DNA of 64,000 nt, taken from Capsulimonadaceae bacterium (GTDB lineage Bacteria; Armatimonadota; Armatimonadia; Armatimonadales; Capsulimonadaceae). How positions within the stretch are numbered: the first letter of the stretch is position 1; each line of letters starts with the position of its first letter. The DNA is taken from NCBI GenBank assembly GCA_965215505.1, contig OZ244065.1:3552001-3616000 (forward strand), read 5' to 3'. This document shows positions 19,708-27,292 of the stretch, piece by piece. The notes under the pieces are model-generated. The model saw only the letters and a list, made by a program, of their open reading frames with translations, had not been told where the DNA came from and did no database searches. The translations under genes and the position numbers were made by a program.

Positions 19708-19980
19708 TCAGAGCAGCCACGGCGGGTGATGCGTCACCAAAGCCCACGCCTGCCACGCGAAGACCGCGCCCCAGAACAGCGTCACCCAGGGCGGCTTGGC
19801 CCAGCAGTGCCACTCCCGGACGCCCCGGAGCGCGGCCAGGACGTAGAACAGGGTCGCGAGGCCCGACAAGGCCAGCAGGGCGTAGCGCTGGAAGAGCAGC
19901 ACGAGGAAGGCCGCCTTGCAGAAGGTGAACGCCCAGCCCTCGTACCGCCGACCCTGCCGCTGACGGTCGTATTCGCTCAT
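19708..19980 (-). CDS. Small membrane protein
   Basis: Three hydrophobic segments; ATGA overlap with the GNAT stop. Confidence 0.75.
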   Translation of the reverse strand: MSEYDRQRQGRRYEGWAFTFCKAAFLVLLFQRYALLALSGLATLFYVLAALRGVREWHCWAKPPWVTLFWGAVFAWQAWALVTHHPPWLL

Positions 19981-20564
19981 CCCGCCCCCACCTGTTTCTC
20001 GGCCCCGTCGCGCCCCTCGGCCCCCTCATGCCTCTTGATTCCTTGCAGCAGCGGCGGGCACTTGCGGATCGCCCCGCCCTTGCGGATGCTCTCTGCAAAG
20101 CGGTGCCGGCTCGCCATGTAGCACTGCATGTACCAGTGGACGGCGAAGGGCGCGCGCCATAGTTTTCCGTCCACGGCCATGCCCAACTCGCGCATCCACC
20201 CGACCACCTGCGGGTTCCGGCTGAGGACGTAGACGTGCCGCCCGCGCCCCTGGGCGCGCTCCCAGGCCGCCCGGAACAGGTCCGCGCCCAGACCCCGGCC
20301 CCGGAACTCGGGCAGGACATATAGGGCCGCGATCTCCGTCCACCCGGCGGCGAGGTCCACGCTGAAGCAGACGCCCGCGAACCCGTCTCCGTCCCCCTCG
20401 GTCGCCTGTCCGGCGGCCTGTCCGGCGGCCTGTTCGGCGACCTGAACGTCGGTCAGCCGCTCCAGCTCGCGAACGGTGTAGCCGAGGATGTTGGGCGTCG
20501 TCTTCAGCTCCTGGTGCAGCCGGACGGCCTCGGCGCGGGTCAGCGGGCGGTGGGTGATTTGCAT
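19977..20564 (-). CDS. GNAT family N-acetyltransferase
   Basis: EIAALYVLPEFRGRGLG acetyl-CoA motif; AGGAG RBS. Confidence 0.85.
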   Translation of the reverse strand: MQITHRPLTRAEAVRLHQELKTTPNILGYTVRELERLTDVQVAEQAAGQAAGQATEGDGDGFAGVCFSVDLAAGWTEIAALYVLPEFRGRGLGADLFRAAWERAQGRGRHVYVLSRNPQVVGWMRELGMAVDGKLWRAPFAVHWYMQCYMASRHRFAESIRKGGAIRKCPPLLQGIKRHEGAEGRDGAEKQVGAG

Positions 20565-20653
20565 GGGTTCTCCTGGTTCGGTCCCGGCGCGACGAACCCG
20601 GCCCGCGACCACGAAGGAGGGCAGGGGGACCCTGCCCCTACGGGTTTATCGGT

Positions 20654-20742
20654 CTGCCGCGCCCTCGTCTCCTGCCGCGCCCTCGTCTCCTGCCGCGCCC
20701 TCGTCTCCTGCCGCGCCCTCGTCTCCTGCCGCGCCCTCGTCT
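20654..20742. repeat. Tandem repeat 18 bp x5 (CTGCCGCGCCCTCGTCTC), next to a GTAG-REP at 20619-20641
   Basis: Direct read. Confidence 0.9.
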
Positions 20743-20746
20743 GCCC

Positions 20747-22165
20747 TCACCCCAGCATCCGCAGCGGCACGACCGCCGCGCGGCCTTTGTCCCCGCTCCG
20801 GCGGCCCCGGCGGAAGACGTTGAACTCGCAGAACGACACGGCCGTCCCGTCCTCGGTCAGAATCTTGGTGCAGCACTGCTCGATGCGCTTCTTGTCGTAG
20901 GTGTGCGCGTCCATGAAGGGCTTGACGACGACGCGGAAGACGCGCCGGCCGAAGGCGTCGGGGTCGCGCATCAGCGGCAGGACGTCCCGCAGGCCGCCGC
21001 GCGCGAACAGGACGCCCAGGTCGCGCAGAGTCTGCCGGCCCCGCAGGTGCGCGACGTCCGACCAGACCCGCCGGGCCGCCCCGCCGACAAGCCCCGAGAA
21101 GCTGATGCGGTCCGTGAACAAATCTAGGTAGCGCGACACGTCCAGGTGCCGGGGCAGCGGCGTGATCGTCTCGCGCTTCGCGTCCAGGAAGCCATAGGTC
21201 AGGACGCAGCAGTCCGGGTGCGAGCAGGGCAGGCCCACGAAGTCCGAGCGCACCAGGGCGCCGCCGGTCTGCCGTTCCAGCGCGTACAGCACGTCCGTCA
21301 GGGTCAGCCGGTCCGCAGCCGCGTACTCGTGCTGGTAGCGGCCCGTGTCCATGACCGGCTGGAAGGTCAGCCCGGTGACCGTCCCCAGCGACAGCGCGAA
21401 GCGGTACAGGTCGCCGATCTCGTCGTCGTTCACCCCGCGCTCCACGGTGGGGACGAGGGTCGTGAACAGGCCCGCCGCCTGCGCTTTCTCCAGGGCGTCC
21501 GTCTTCTCCTGCCGCAGGTCGCGCCCGTAGAAGTGTTCGTGGCCGGACGCGCGGAAGCTCGAAAACGAGAAGTACAGCTCGACGCGCTCCTTGTGGGCCG
21601 CCAGCGTCTCCACCAGGGCCGCGCTCTGGCCGAGCCGCAGGCCGTTTGTGTTTATGACGACGCGGTCCACGGGGTAGGAGAGGGCCAGGTCTAAAATCTC
21701 GGCGAAGCGGGGGTGGATGGTCGGCTCGCCGCCGGACAGCATCAGGATGTCCAGCCGGGGCTGCTTGCGGAAGAACACGTCCAGCCGCCGCCGGGCCTCG
21801 TCCGCCGTCATGAAGTCGTGCCCCTGGGCGTCGGCGTAGCAGGTCGGGCAACGCAGGTTGCAGGCCTGCGTGATCTCCAGCAGCAGGGCGCAGACCGGCG
21901 GGCCGACCGCGCCGCCGGGGGTGCCGTCCGGCCCGCACGTCTCGCCCGGCCCGCAGCAGCAGTTCGCGCCGCTCCGGTCGGGGACGTACTGCCGGAGGCG
22001 CAGGTACTCGCCCGCGTCCGAGGCCAGCAGGGCGCGGCTTGCGCCGTGGCGCGGGCACTGCTGCCGTATCCAGATGCGCCCGGCCTCTTCAAGCAGCGTC
22101 GCAGGCACGTCCCGCAGGCAGGTCGGGCACAGGCCGCGCGTTTCTTCCGACCACGAGGTTGTCAT
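20747..22165 (-). CDS. Radical SAM protein, MJ0619/Tes (GDGT-MAS)-like family
   Basis: N-terminal CPTC...CPRHG metal site, CNLRCPTC, SGGEPT, NTNG, PCSHPDCC and C-terminal FMDAHTYD..RIEQCC...SFC auxiliary-cluster motif. Confidence 0.85.
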   Translation of the reverse strand: MTTSWSEETRGLCPTCLRDVPATLLEEAGRIWIRQQCPRHGASRALLASDAGEYLRLRQYVPDRSGANCCCGPGETCGPDGTPGGAVGPPVCALLLEITQACNLRCPTCYADAQGHDFMTADEARRRLDVFFRKQPRLDILMLSGGEPTIHPRFAEILDLALSYPVDRVVINTNGLRLGQSAALVETLAAHKERVELYFSFSSFRASGHEHFYGRDLRQEKTDALEKAQAAGLFTTLVPTVERGVNDDEIGDLYRFALSLGTVTGLTFQPVMDTGRYQHEYAAADRLTLTDVLYALERQTGGALVRSDFVGLPCSHPDCCVLTYGFLDAKRETITPLPRHLDVSRYLDLFTDRISFSGLVGGAARRVWSDVAHLRGRQTLRDLGVLFARGGLRDVLPLMRDPDAFGRRVFRVVVKPFMDAHTYDKKRIEQCCTKILTEDGTAVSFCEFNVFRRGRRSGDKGRAAVVPLRMLG

Positions 22166-22710
22166 GGGGCGGCCTCTTCGATACTTCCCTTTTGTTCCTT
22201 CAGTCGGTTATCGAGTTGATTCTGAACGGCGAGGCTGATCCGTTTTGCTTCCAAAGGATCATTCTTCACGCTCTGCATTCCTTGAGAGTAGCGTTTTCGC
22301 AGATCGACATGCTCCTGGGTGAACGCAGCTACTGGAAAGTTTTTGTCAATTTTCATCCGGTCTCTCAGTGTCTCTATATCAGTACGCAAGCCCGTAAAAA
22401 ACCGTTTGTTCTCCTCGTAGCCTTTGAGACGCTCGGGGATTCCCAAGACGGTGTTCACGATAGATAAAACGGCGGCAAGTCCTGCCAATGTCAGCCAGAC
22501 TGGTTTTGCATAGGGCTGCGTCCAGAATGCCCACCCCGATATGGCTGAACCCGAGGCCGTGAGCGTCACCAGCGCTTTGGTCCAGGCGTCGGACCTTTGG
22601 TAGAAAATAATATACCAATCGATAAGCATTTCCTGGTAATAAGCCTCGTAATAGGTGTTCCAGACCGCGTTCCAAAGTTGCAGGCGGTCGCGTGAGTACG
22701 GGTTTGACAT
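22162..22710 (-). CDS. SLATT-like two-TM protein (lower GC)
   Basis: Helix + two TM (ALVTLTASGSAISGWAFW; VWLTLAGLAAVLSIVNTVL) + helical tail; AT-richer codons; stop overlaps radical SAM start. Confidence 0.65.
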   Translation of the reverse strand: MSNPYSRDRLQLWNAVWNTYYEAYYQEMLIDWYIIFYQRSDAWTKALVTLTASGSAISGWAFWTQPYAKPVWLTLAGLAAVLSIVNTVLGIPERLKGYEENKRFFTGLRTDIETLRDRMKIDKNFPVAAFTQEHVDLRKRYSQGMQSVKNDPLEAKRISLAVQNQLDNRLKEQKGSIEEAAP

Positions 22711-22732
22711 TAGCGTCTCCGAGTGCTACAAT
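22704..22732 (+). promoter_or_regulatory. Consensus promoter TTGACA-17-(TGc)TACAAT, antisense to the surrounding operon
   Basis: -35 at 22704-22709, -10 at 22727-22732. Confidence 0.75.
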
Positions 22733-22761
22733 ATGGCTGTTAAAAAGGAGGAAGGGATAAC

Positions 22762-23034
22762 GTGAAAAGGCCTTTTGTAGTTTCTCCTGCATTCCTGTTC
22801 ATGGCAGGCGGTATCGTACTTTGCTCATTTGGCGGTGCCTTTGCTTCCTCTTCGGGTCATCATTTTACGCCCCCCCGTTCTGCCGGCACAGGCCCGCCAA
22901 AGGGTAAACCGCCGCCCCCGCCGCCGCCGCGAATTCTCCGCTCCTATCACGGGGCGAAGAGGCACTACACGCGACATCTTTCGAACCCGCGAGGACGAGC
23001 AGCCAGAGCACCGCACTCCCCGGTGACGCCGTGA
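22762..23034 (+). CDS. Small secreted Pro-rich basic peptide
   Basis: AAGGAGG RBS, consensus promoter, signal-peptide-like N-terminus. Confidence 0.5.
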   Translation: MKRPFVVSPAFLFMAGGIVLCSFGGAFASSSGHHFTPPRSAGTGPPKGKPPPPPPPRILRSYHGAKRHYTRHLSNPRGRAARAPHSPVTP

Positions 23035-23043
23035 ACAGGTAGG

Positions 23044-23445
23044 TCATAAGCCGCCGCTTCCGCTGAGGCTGTACAGACAAAAAGCAAACGCGCCTAGCAG
23101 CAGGGCCAGACCCGCCAGAATCCCATAGCCGATGCCGCGCGCAAAAACCGGGTAATTTCGTTTCAGCGTGAAGTACAGGACCGGCATCAGGAGGAACCCC
23201 GCCCCGGCGAGGAAGTTGGACAGGAAACTGAGGCCGATCCCCAGCGTCAGGTCCCCCCAAGCCCTTCCCGTGATCAGCCTGGGGACGGGCGGGGCCGGCG
23301 CGACCCGCCCGGCGGGCGGCGGGGACCAGGCGGGGCGGACAAAGCCGCAGTTCGGGCAGACGCCCGCGCCGGGCGGCCAGGGCGTCCCGCAGTTAGGGCA
23401 CGGCGTTATCTGTGGCGGCGTTATCTGTGGCGGTTCATCGGGCAT
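23044..23445 (-). CDS. Zinc-ribbon membrane protein, paralog 2
   Basis: CPNCG..CPNCG, WSPPP, three TM, ends LLLGAFAFCLYSLSGSGGL; alternative GTG start 23454. Confidence 0.8.
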   Translation of the reverse strand: MPDEPPQITPPQITPCPNCGTPWPPGAGVCPNCGFVRPAWSPPPAGRVAPAPPVPRLITGRAWGDLTLGIGLSFLSNFLAGAGFLLMPVLYFTLKRNYPVFARGIGYGILAGLALLLGAFAFCLYSLSGSGGL

Positions 23446-23450
23446 GGGCG

Positions 23451-23933
23451 TCACTGGTGGCCGTTCGTGCTGCACAGGGACAGGATGCCGAGCGCCAGCG
23501 CCGCCAGCACGGCGATCACCGCGAACGGCAGCAGGATACAGCCGGTCAGGACCCCCCAGCCCAGCCCGCGCGCGACGGTGGGGTAGCGGGGCCGCAGAAC
23601 GAGGTACAAAATGGGCGGCGCGAGCAGGCCCAGCCCCCAGCCCACGTTTCCACGGAAGAGTGACCCGTGGCCGGTCATCAGCGAAAGCGACGCGAGGCTG
23701 ATCACGAGGCTGATCGAAAGCCCCAGCGTCACGTCGCCCCCGACAGCCCCCGTCACCAGTGGCCCCGCCGCCAGCGGCCCCGCCGCCGGCTTGCCGACGT
23801 ATCGCGGGGCGACGAAGCCGGCGGGGGGCGGCGGCCAGACGGGGCGGACGCAGCCGCAGTTGGGGCAGACGGCGGCTGCGCCCGGCGGCCAGGGCGTCCC
23901 GCAGTTCGGGCAGAGGGGGGGCGGGACGGACAT
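23451..23933 (-). CDS. Zinc-ribbon membrane protein, paralog 1
   Basis: CPNCG..CPNCG, WPPPP, three TM, ends LALGILSLCSTNGHQ. Confidence 0.8.
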   Translation of the reverse strand: MSVPPPLCPNCGTPWPPGAAAVCPNCGCVRPVWPPPPAGFVAPRYVGKPAAGPLAAGPLVTGAVGGDVTLGLSISLVISLASLSLMTGHGSLFRGNVGWGLGLLAPPILYLVLRPRYPTVARGLGWGVLTGCILLPFAVIAVLAALALGILSLCSTNGHQ

Positions 23934-23954
23934 GGATCACCTCGCAGACCTGGA

Positions 23955-24662
23955 TCACCTCGCGGGGACCGCTCCGGTCCCCGCCTCGTTCGGGCCGGCG
24001 AGCCGGGTCGGGCGCAGCAGGCGCAGGAGCCGGACGCCGAAGAATGCCAGCCCCGCAAGGCACGCCCACTGCGCCCCGGTCAGCCCCCAGACGGGCGGGG
24101 GGCCTTCGCGGAAGAACTCGACGAGGAACCGGGCCAGGCAGTAGAGTACCCCTTGCAGATACCACAGGCCGTTCTCGGGCGGGCGCGTCTTGTCGAACCG
24201 CCACAGGGCGACCAGGATCAGGGCGCTGGCCGCCGACAGATAGAGCTGCGCCGGGTGCCGCCACGCGCCGTGCTGGTTGACGGCCCACGGCAGGGCGCAG
24301 GCCTTGCCGTAGCAGCAGCCGCCGAAGAAGCACCCCCAGCGGCCCACCGCCTCGCCCGCGCTGACGGCGACCGCGAACAGGTCCCCGGTCGGACGCCGCA
24401 GGCCCAGCCAGCGTTTGAAGAGGAGGACGGACAGGTAGCCGCCCGCGATGCCGCCCAGGACCGTCTTGCCCGCCTCGCCGCCCCCGAACAGGTGGGCGTA
24501 GGCCCACTGCGTCAGGTTCGCCCCGACCAGCCCGCCCAGAAGCCCCGCGCCCATGACCGCCATGACCCCGGCCGTCGCCAGGTGCCGCCGGTGCGCCATC
24601 CAGGCGAACGCGGCCACCCCGGTCAGATACCCCAGCGCATAGCACCCCGCCGAAAGCGTCAT
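23955..24662 (-). CDS. Divergent prolipoprotein diacylglyceryl transferase (Lgt)-family protein
   Basis: GEAVGRWGCFFGGCCYG, RHPAQLY, YCLARFLVEFFRE; promoter TTGCTT-17-TATAAT at 24713-24741. Confidence 0.85.
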   Translation of the reverse strand: MTLSAGCYALGYLTGVAAFAWMAHRRHLATAGVMAVMGAGLLGGLVGANLTQWAYAHLFGGGEAGKTVLGGIAGGYLSVLLFKRWLGLRRPTGDLFAVAVSAGEAVGRWGCFFGGCCYGKACALPWAVNQHGAWRHPAQLYLSAASALILVALWRFDKTRPPENGLWYLQGVLYCLARFLVEFFREGPPPVWGLTGAQWACLAGLAFFGVRLLRLLRPTRLAGPNEAGTGAVPAR

Positions 24663-24784
24663 GGCCCCGCCCCCCTCTGCACACACGAGTCCCGCGCACA
24701 CGAGATACCGGCATTATACGCCGATTCGCGCGGGGAAGCAAGGAGGCCCGGCGTCGGCCCCGATCCAGGGCCATCGCACCCGCC

Positions 24785-24849
24785 GGGCAACCACAGGGGG
24801 TTGCCCCTACCGACCACGAAAACGTAGGGGCAGGCCCCCGTGCCTGCCC
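24785..24849. repeat. Pair of inverted GTAG-type REP palindromes
   Basis: GGGCAACCACAGGGGGTTGCCCCTAC and GTAGGGGCAGGCCCCCGTGCCTGCCC. Confidence 0.8.
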
Positions 24850-24997
24850 TCTCTTCCCCGTGCTGCCCTCCCTTCCCCGTGCCTGCTCTCCCTCCCCCGT
24901 GCTCGCCCCTTGCCCTAGCGGACTGCTGTAGACAAAAAAGGGGCGATGGTGTATACTAGCGAGTAACACAACAAGGTAGACACGGGGGGAGAGCGAC

Positions 24998-25324
24998 TTG
25001 GCAGCAACAACGGGACGAACCACGAAGCAGTCCGCGACGGTCCGCATCAGCGCGCAGTCGCACCTCCGGCTGCGGGAGCTGGCCGCGCAGGACGGCGAGC
25101 CGATGCAGGCGGTCCTGGATAAAGCCCTGGAACAGTACCAGCGGCAGAAGTTCCTGGCCGACTGCGATGCGGCCTACGCCGCGCTTCAGCGGGACCCGGA
25201 AGCCTGGGCGGGCTATCAGGCAGAACTGGCGGCCTGGGAAGTGACCTCGATGGACGGGCTGGAACCCGAGGAAAACGGGAACGAAAGGGGCAGCGTTGCC
25301 GATGCGGGTGGTGCCTGTGGTTAG
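24998..25324 (+). CDS. Antitoxin (ribbon-helix-helix-like)
   Basis: TVRIS..HLRLRELA..MQAVLDKALEQY, acidic tail; promoter TAGACA-17-TATACT at 24929-24957; overlaps toxin gene. Confidence 0.8.
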   Translation: MAATTGRTTKQSATVRISAQSHLRLRELAAQDGEPMQAVLDKALEQYQRQKFLADCDAAYAALQRDPEAWAGYQAELAAWEVTSMDGLEPEENGNERGSVADAGGACG

Positions 25325-25658
25325 TCCGATCTATGGCGACATCTGGTTCGGGGATCTTGACCCCACGGTAGGGCGCAAGCAGGCCGGGGAGCGGCCCGTC
25401 CTGATACTCTCCGTTGACTCCTTCAACCGAAGCCCCGCCGGCCTCGTCGTCATCCTGCCCATCACCACGCGGCTCCGGGGCATCCCCTGGCACGTCCTGG
25501 TGTCGCCGCCGGAAGGGGGCCTGACGCGCCCGAGCGCCATCCTCTGCGAGGCGGTGCGGTCCGTCAGCCAGCAGCGCTTACTGCACCGGATGGGGGTCGC
25601 CGCCCCGGCGACCCTCGAAGCCGTCCGGGACCGGCTACGCATCCTGATGAACCTCTGA
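25302..25658 (+). CDS. mazF: PemK/MazF family toxin
   Basis: GDIWFGDLDPTVGRKQAGERPVLILS..FN...VVILPITT; start uncertain. Confidence 0.88.
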   Translation: MRVVPVVSPIYGDIWFGDLDPTVGRKQAGERPVLILSVDSFNRSPAGLVVILPITTRLRGIPWHVLVSPPEGGLTRPSAILCEAVRSVSQQRLLHRMGVAAPATLEAVRDRLRILMNL

Positions 25659-25675
25659 CCCGACGATCAGCCGAA

Positions 25676-26413
25676 ATGCCCGACTTCTTTGCGACCCTGC
25701 TCCGCCTTCTCGGCAGGGAGCCTGCCCCCGCAGAATGCGCGCCCGCACCGCCGGCCCCCGTCAGCGGCGCGCTCGCCGTGGAAGCCGGCCCGACCGACGG
25801 GCCGCTGCGGGACGCGCTCGCCGCCATTGATGCGGTCCACCGGGACGGGCGGCTGCCGACCATCCCGATGCGGCGCGTCGTCCTGAGCCGCCGGCTGCAC
25901 GGGCACTTCCGGCACGTCGCCGGCGGCCCGGCCCTCGACATCGGCGTCCACCCCGCCGCCCGCCACGCCGCCCTGACGGCGGTGCATGAGGTCGGGCACT
26001 TCCTGGACTACGCGGGGCTTGGGGCGGGCGGCGAGTTCTGCTCGGTTTCGGGCGACGCGCTCGGCGCGTGGCGCGCGGCCGTCCGGGGCAGCGGCGCGGT
26101 GCAAAGGCTGGGGCAGCTCTTACGGTTCACGGCGGACCGGCCGCCGGAGACGCGGGCGGGCGGGGATGTGGTGAGATACCCGGCGGAACACAGGTACATC
26201 GAGTACCTGCTCCAGAACGAGGAGCTGTGGGCGCGCTCCTACGCCCAGTTCATCGCCGCCCGGAGCGCCCACCCCCTGCTCGGGGAGCAGCTCGACCGCC
26301 TGCGCGTCCGGCCCGCGCGCCGCCTCTATTACGGGTCGCAGTGGGACGACGTGGACTTCCGGCCGATCCAGGCGGAGATCGAGGCCCTGTTCCGGGGGCA
26401 GGGGTGGCTGTGA
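25676..26413 (+). CDS. Zincin-like metallopeptidase (LPD1/polyvalent-protein type)
   Basis: HEVGHFLD and YLLQNEELWARSYAQFIA motifs. Confidence 0.65.
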   Translation: MPDFFATLLRLLGREPAPAECAPAPPAPVSGALAVEAGPTDGPLRDALAAIDAVHRDGRLPTIPMRRVVLSRRLHGHFRHVAGGPALDIGVHPAARHAALTAVHEVGHFLDYAGLGAGGEFCSVSGDALGAWRAAVRGSGAVQRLGQLLRFTADRPPETRAGGDVVRYPAEHRYIEYLLQNEELWARSYAQFIAARSAHPLLGEQLDRLRVRPARRLYYGSQWDDVDFRPIQAEIEALFRGQGWL

Positions 26414-26424
26414 AGACGAGTGAA

Positions 26425-26576
26425 GACGAGTGATTGAAATCACTCGCTGACCTTGGACCTGTCCAGGGGACAGAAGAAGGACAGGATGAAGGACAGGATG
26501 AAGGATAGGATGGCACCCTCGGTTCCCTTGTCCCCTGGACAAATCCTACCGAAGCGAGTGATTTCAATCACTCGTC
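26425..26576. repeat. Palindromic element, copy 4 (opposite orientation)
   Basis: Inner arms swapped (GGACCTGTCCAGGGGACAGAAG on the left). Confidence 0.9.
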
Positions 26577-26631
26577 ATTTCTCGTCCGGCCGGCCCTCAT
26601 CCCGGCCGGCATAGATCGGCGCGTAACACCT

Positions 26632-26880
26632 ATGAGCAAACCATTCGGATTCGGCGGCCTGTTCCGCAAGGCGCCCGAGACGCACGAAGAAGAAGCGGCG
26701 GCGGAGGCCGTTCGGGAGCGGCTGGCCCGCGAGTCTGCCGCCAACGAAACGACCGATGACCTCGACGCGGACTTCCGCGAAGCGCTCGCCGACGGCGAGA
26801 TCACCGGCGACATCGTCGTGATTGACGCGAAGGGGCGCGAGGTCAAAGGCCGGAAGCGCTCCAACATCTTTGACGTCTGA
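26632..26880 (+). CDS. Small acidic hypothetical protein
   Basis: 82-aa ORF with typical high-GC codon usage. Confidence 0.6.
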   Translation: MSKPFGFGGLFRKAPETHEEEAAAEAVRERLARESAANETTDDLDADFREALADGEITGDIVVIDAKGREVKGRKRSNIFDV

Positions 26881-26925
26881 CGCCCGCGCAAAACGTGCGC
26901 CGGGCCTCCCCAGCACTTTTACCGG

Positions 26926-26955
26926 TTGACAAACCGCCCCGCCCCGTGCTATCAT
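26926..26955 (+). promoter_or_regulatory. Promoter TTGACA-18-(TGc)TATCAT for the riboswitch-metK transcript
   Basis: Consensus hexamers upstream of the riboswitch. Confidence 0.75.
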
Positions 26956-27017
26956 AGACCCGACAACCTCATAGCGTAGCACGAGGAGCGCCTGCCGTCT
27001 GAGGCAGGCGAGGATTG

Positions 27018-27155
27018 AAACTCAAGAGTGGTGGAGGGACCGGCCCTGCGAAGCCACAACAACCACCCTGGCGGTAACGCCGGGGCAGGTGCTAAATCCG
27101 GCGCCCTAGCACCGTCTTTGATTCGTCAATGACGGGCCTAGCGCGCAAGAGTTGA
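27018..27155 (+). ncRNA. SAM-I (S-box) riboswitch
   Basis: TCAAGAG-TGGTGGAGGGACCGGCCCTGCGAAGCCAC-CAACC...GGTGCTAAATCC...AAGAG; P1 AACTC/GAGTT; upstream of metK. Confidence 0.9.
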
Positions 27156-27292
27156 GATGCCAGCGTGACGACTCTCTGACCCCCGCTTGCACCGCCCTTA
27201 CCGGACGTTCTTGATTTGCTCTTCCTGACCCCACCCTCTGCTTGCCGCTCTTACTGCAAAGCATTACTGCAAAGAAGGAAGCAAACACACCC

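Noticed and set aside
4017-20742. Short tandem repeats as possible CRISPR arrays
   Set aside because: Units are contiguous with no unique spacers, only 13-18 bp long, and no cas genes are present.
22865-23047. 60-aa minus-strand ORF as a firm gene
   Set aside because: It is coupled to the upstream stop and ends in LAGLC, but it overlaps a plus-strand ORF with a better promoter and RBS; mentioned only as supporting detail.
20747-23933. Classical RiPP cluster with the small proteins as precursors
   Set aside because: The small proteins are multi-TM, the radical SAM resembles the Tes family rather than SPASM peptide maturases, and no peptidase or RiPP transporter is adjacent; not fully excluded.
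23044-25047. 667-aa ORF spanning the Lgt-like and zinc-ribbon genes
   Set aside because: Only the last 133 codons look like a real protein; the upstream part is off-frame read-through of other genes.
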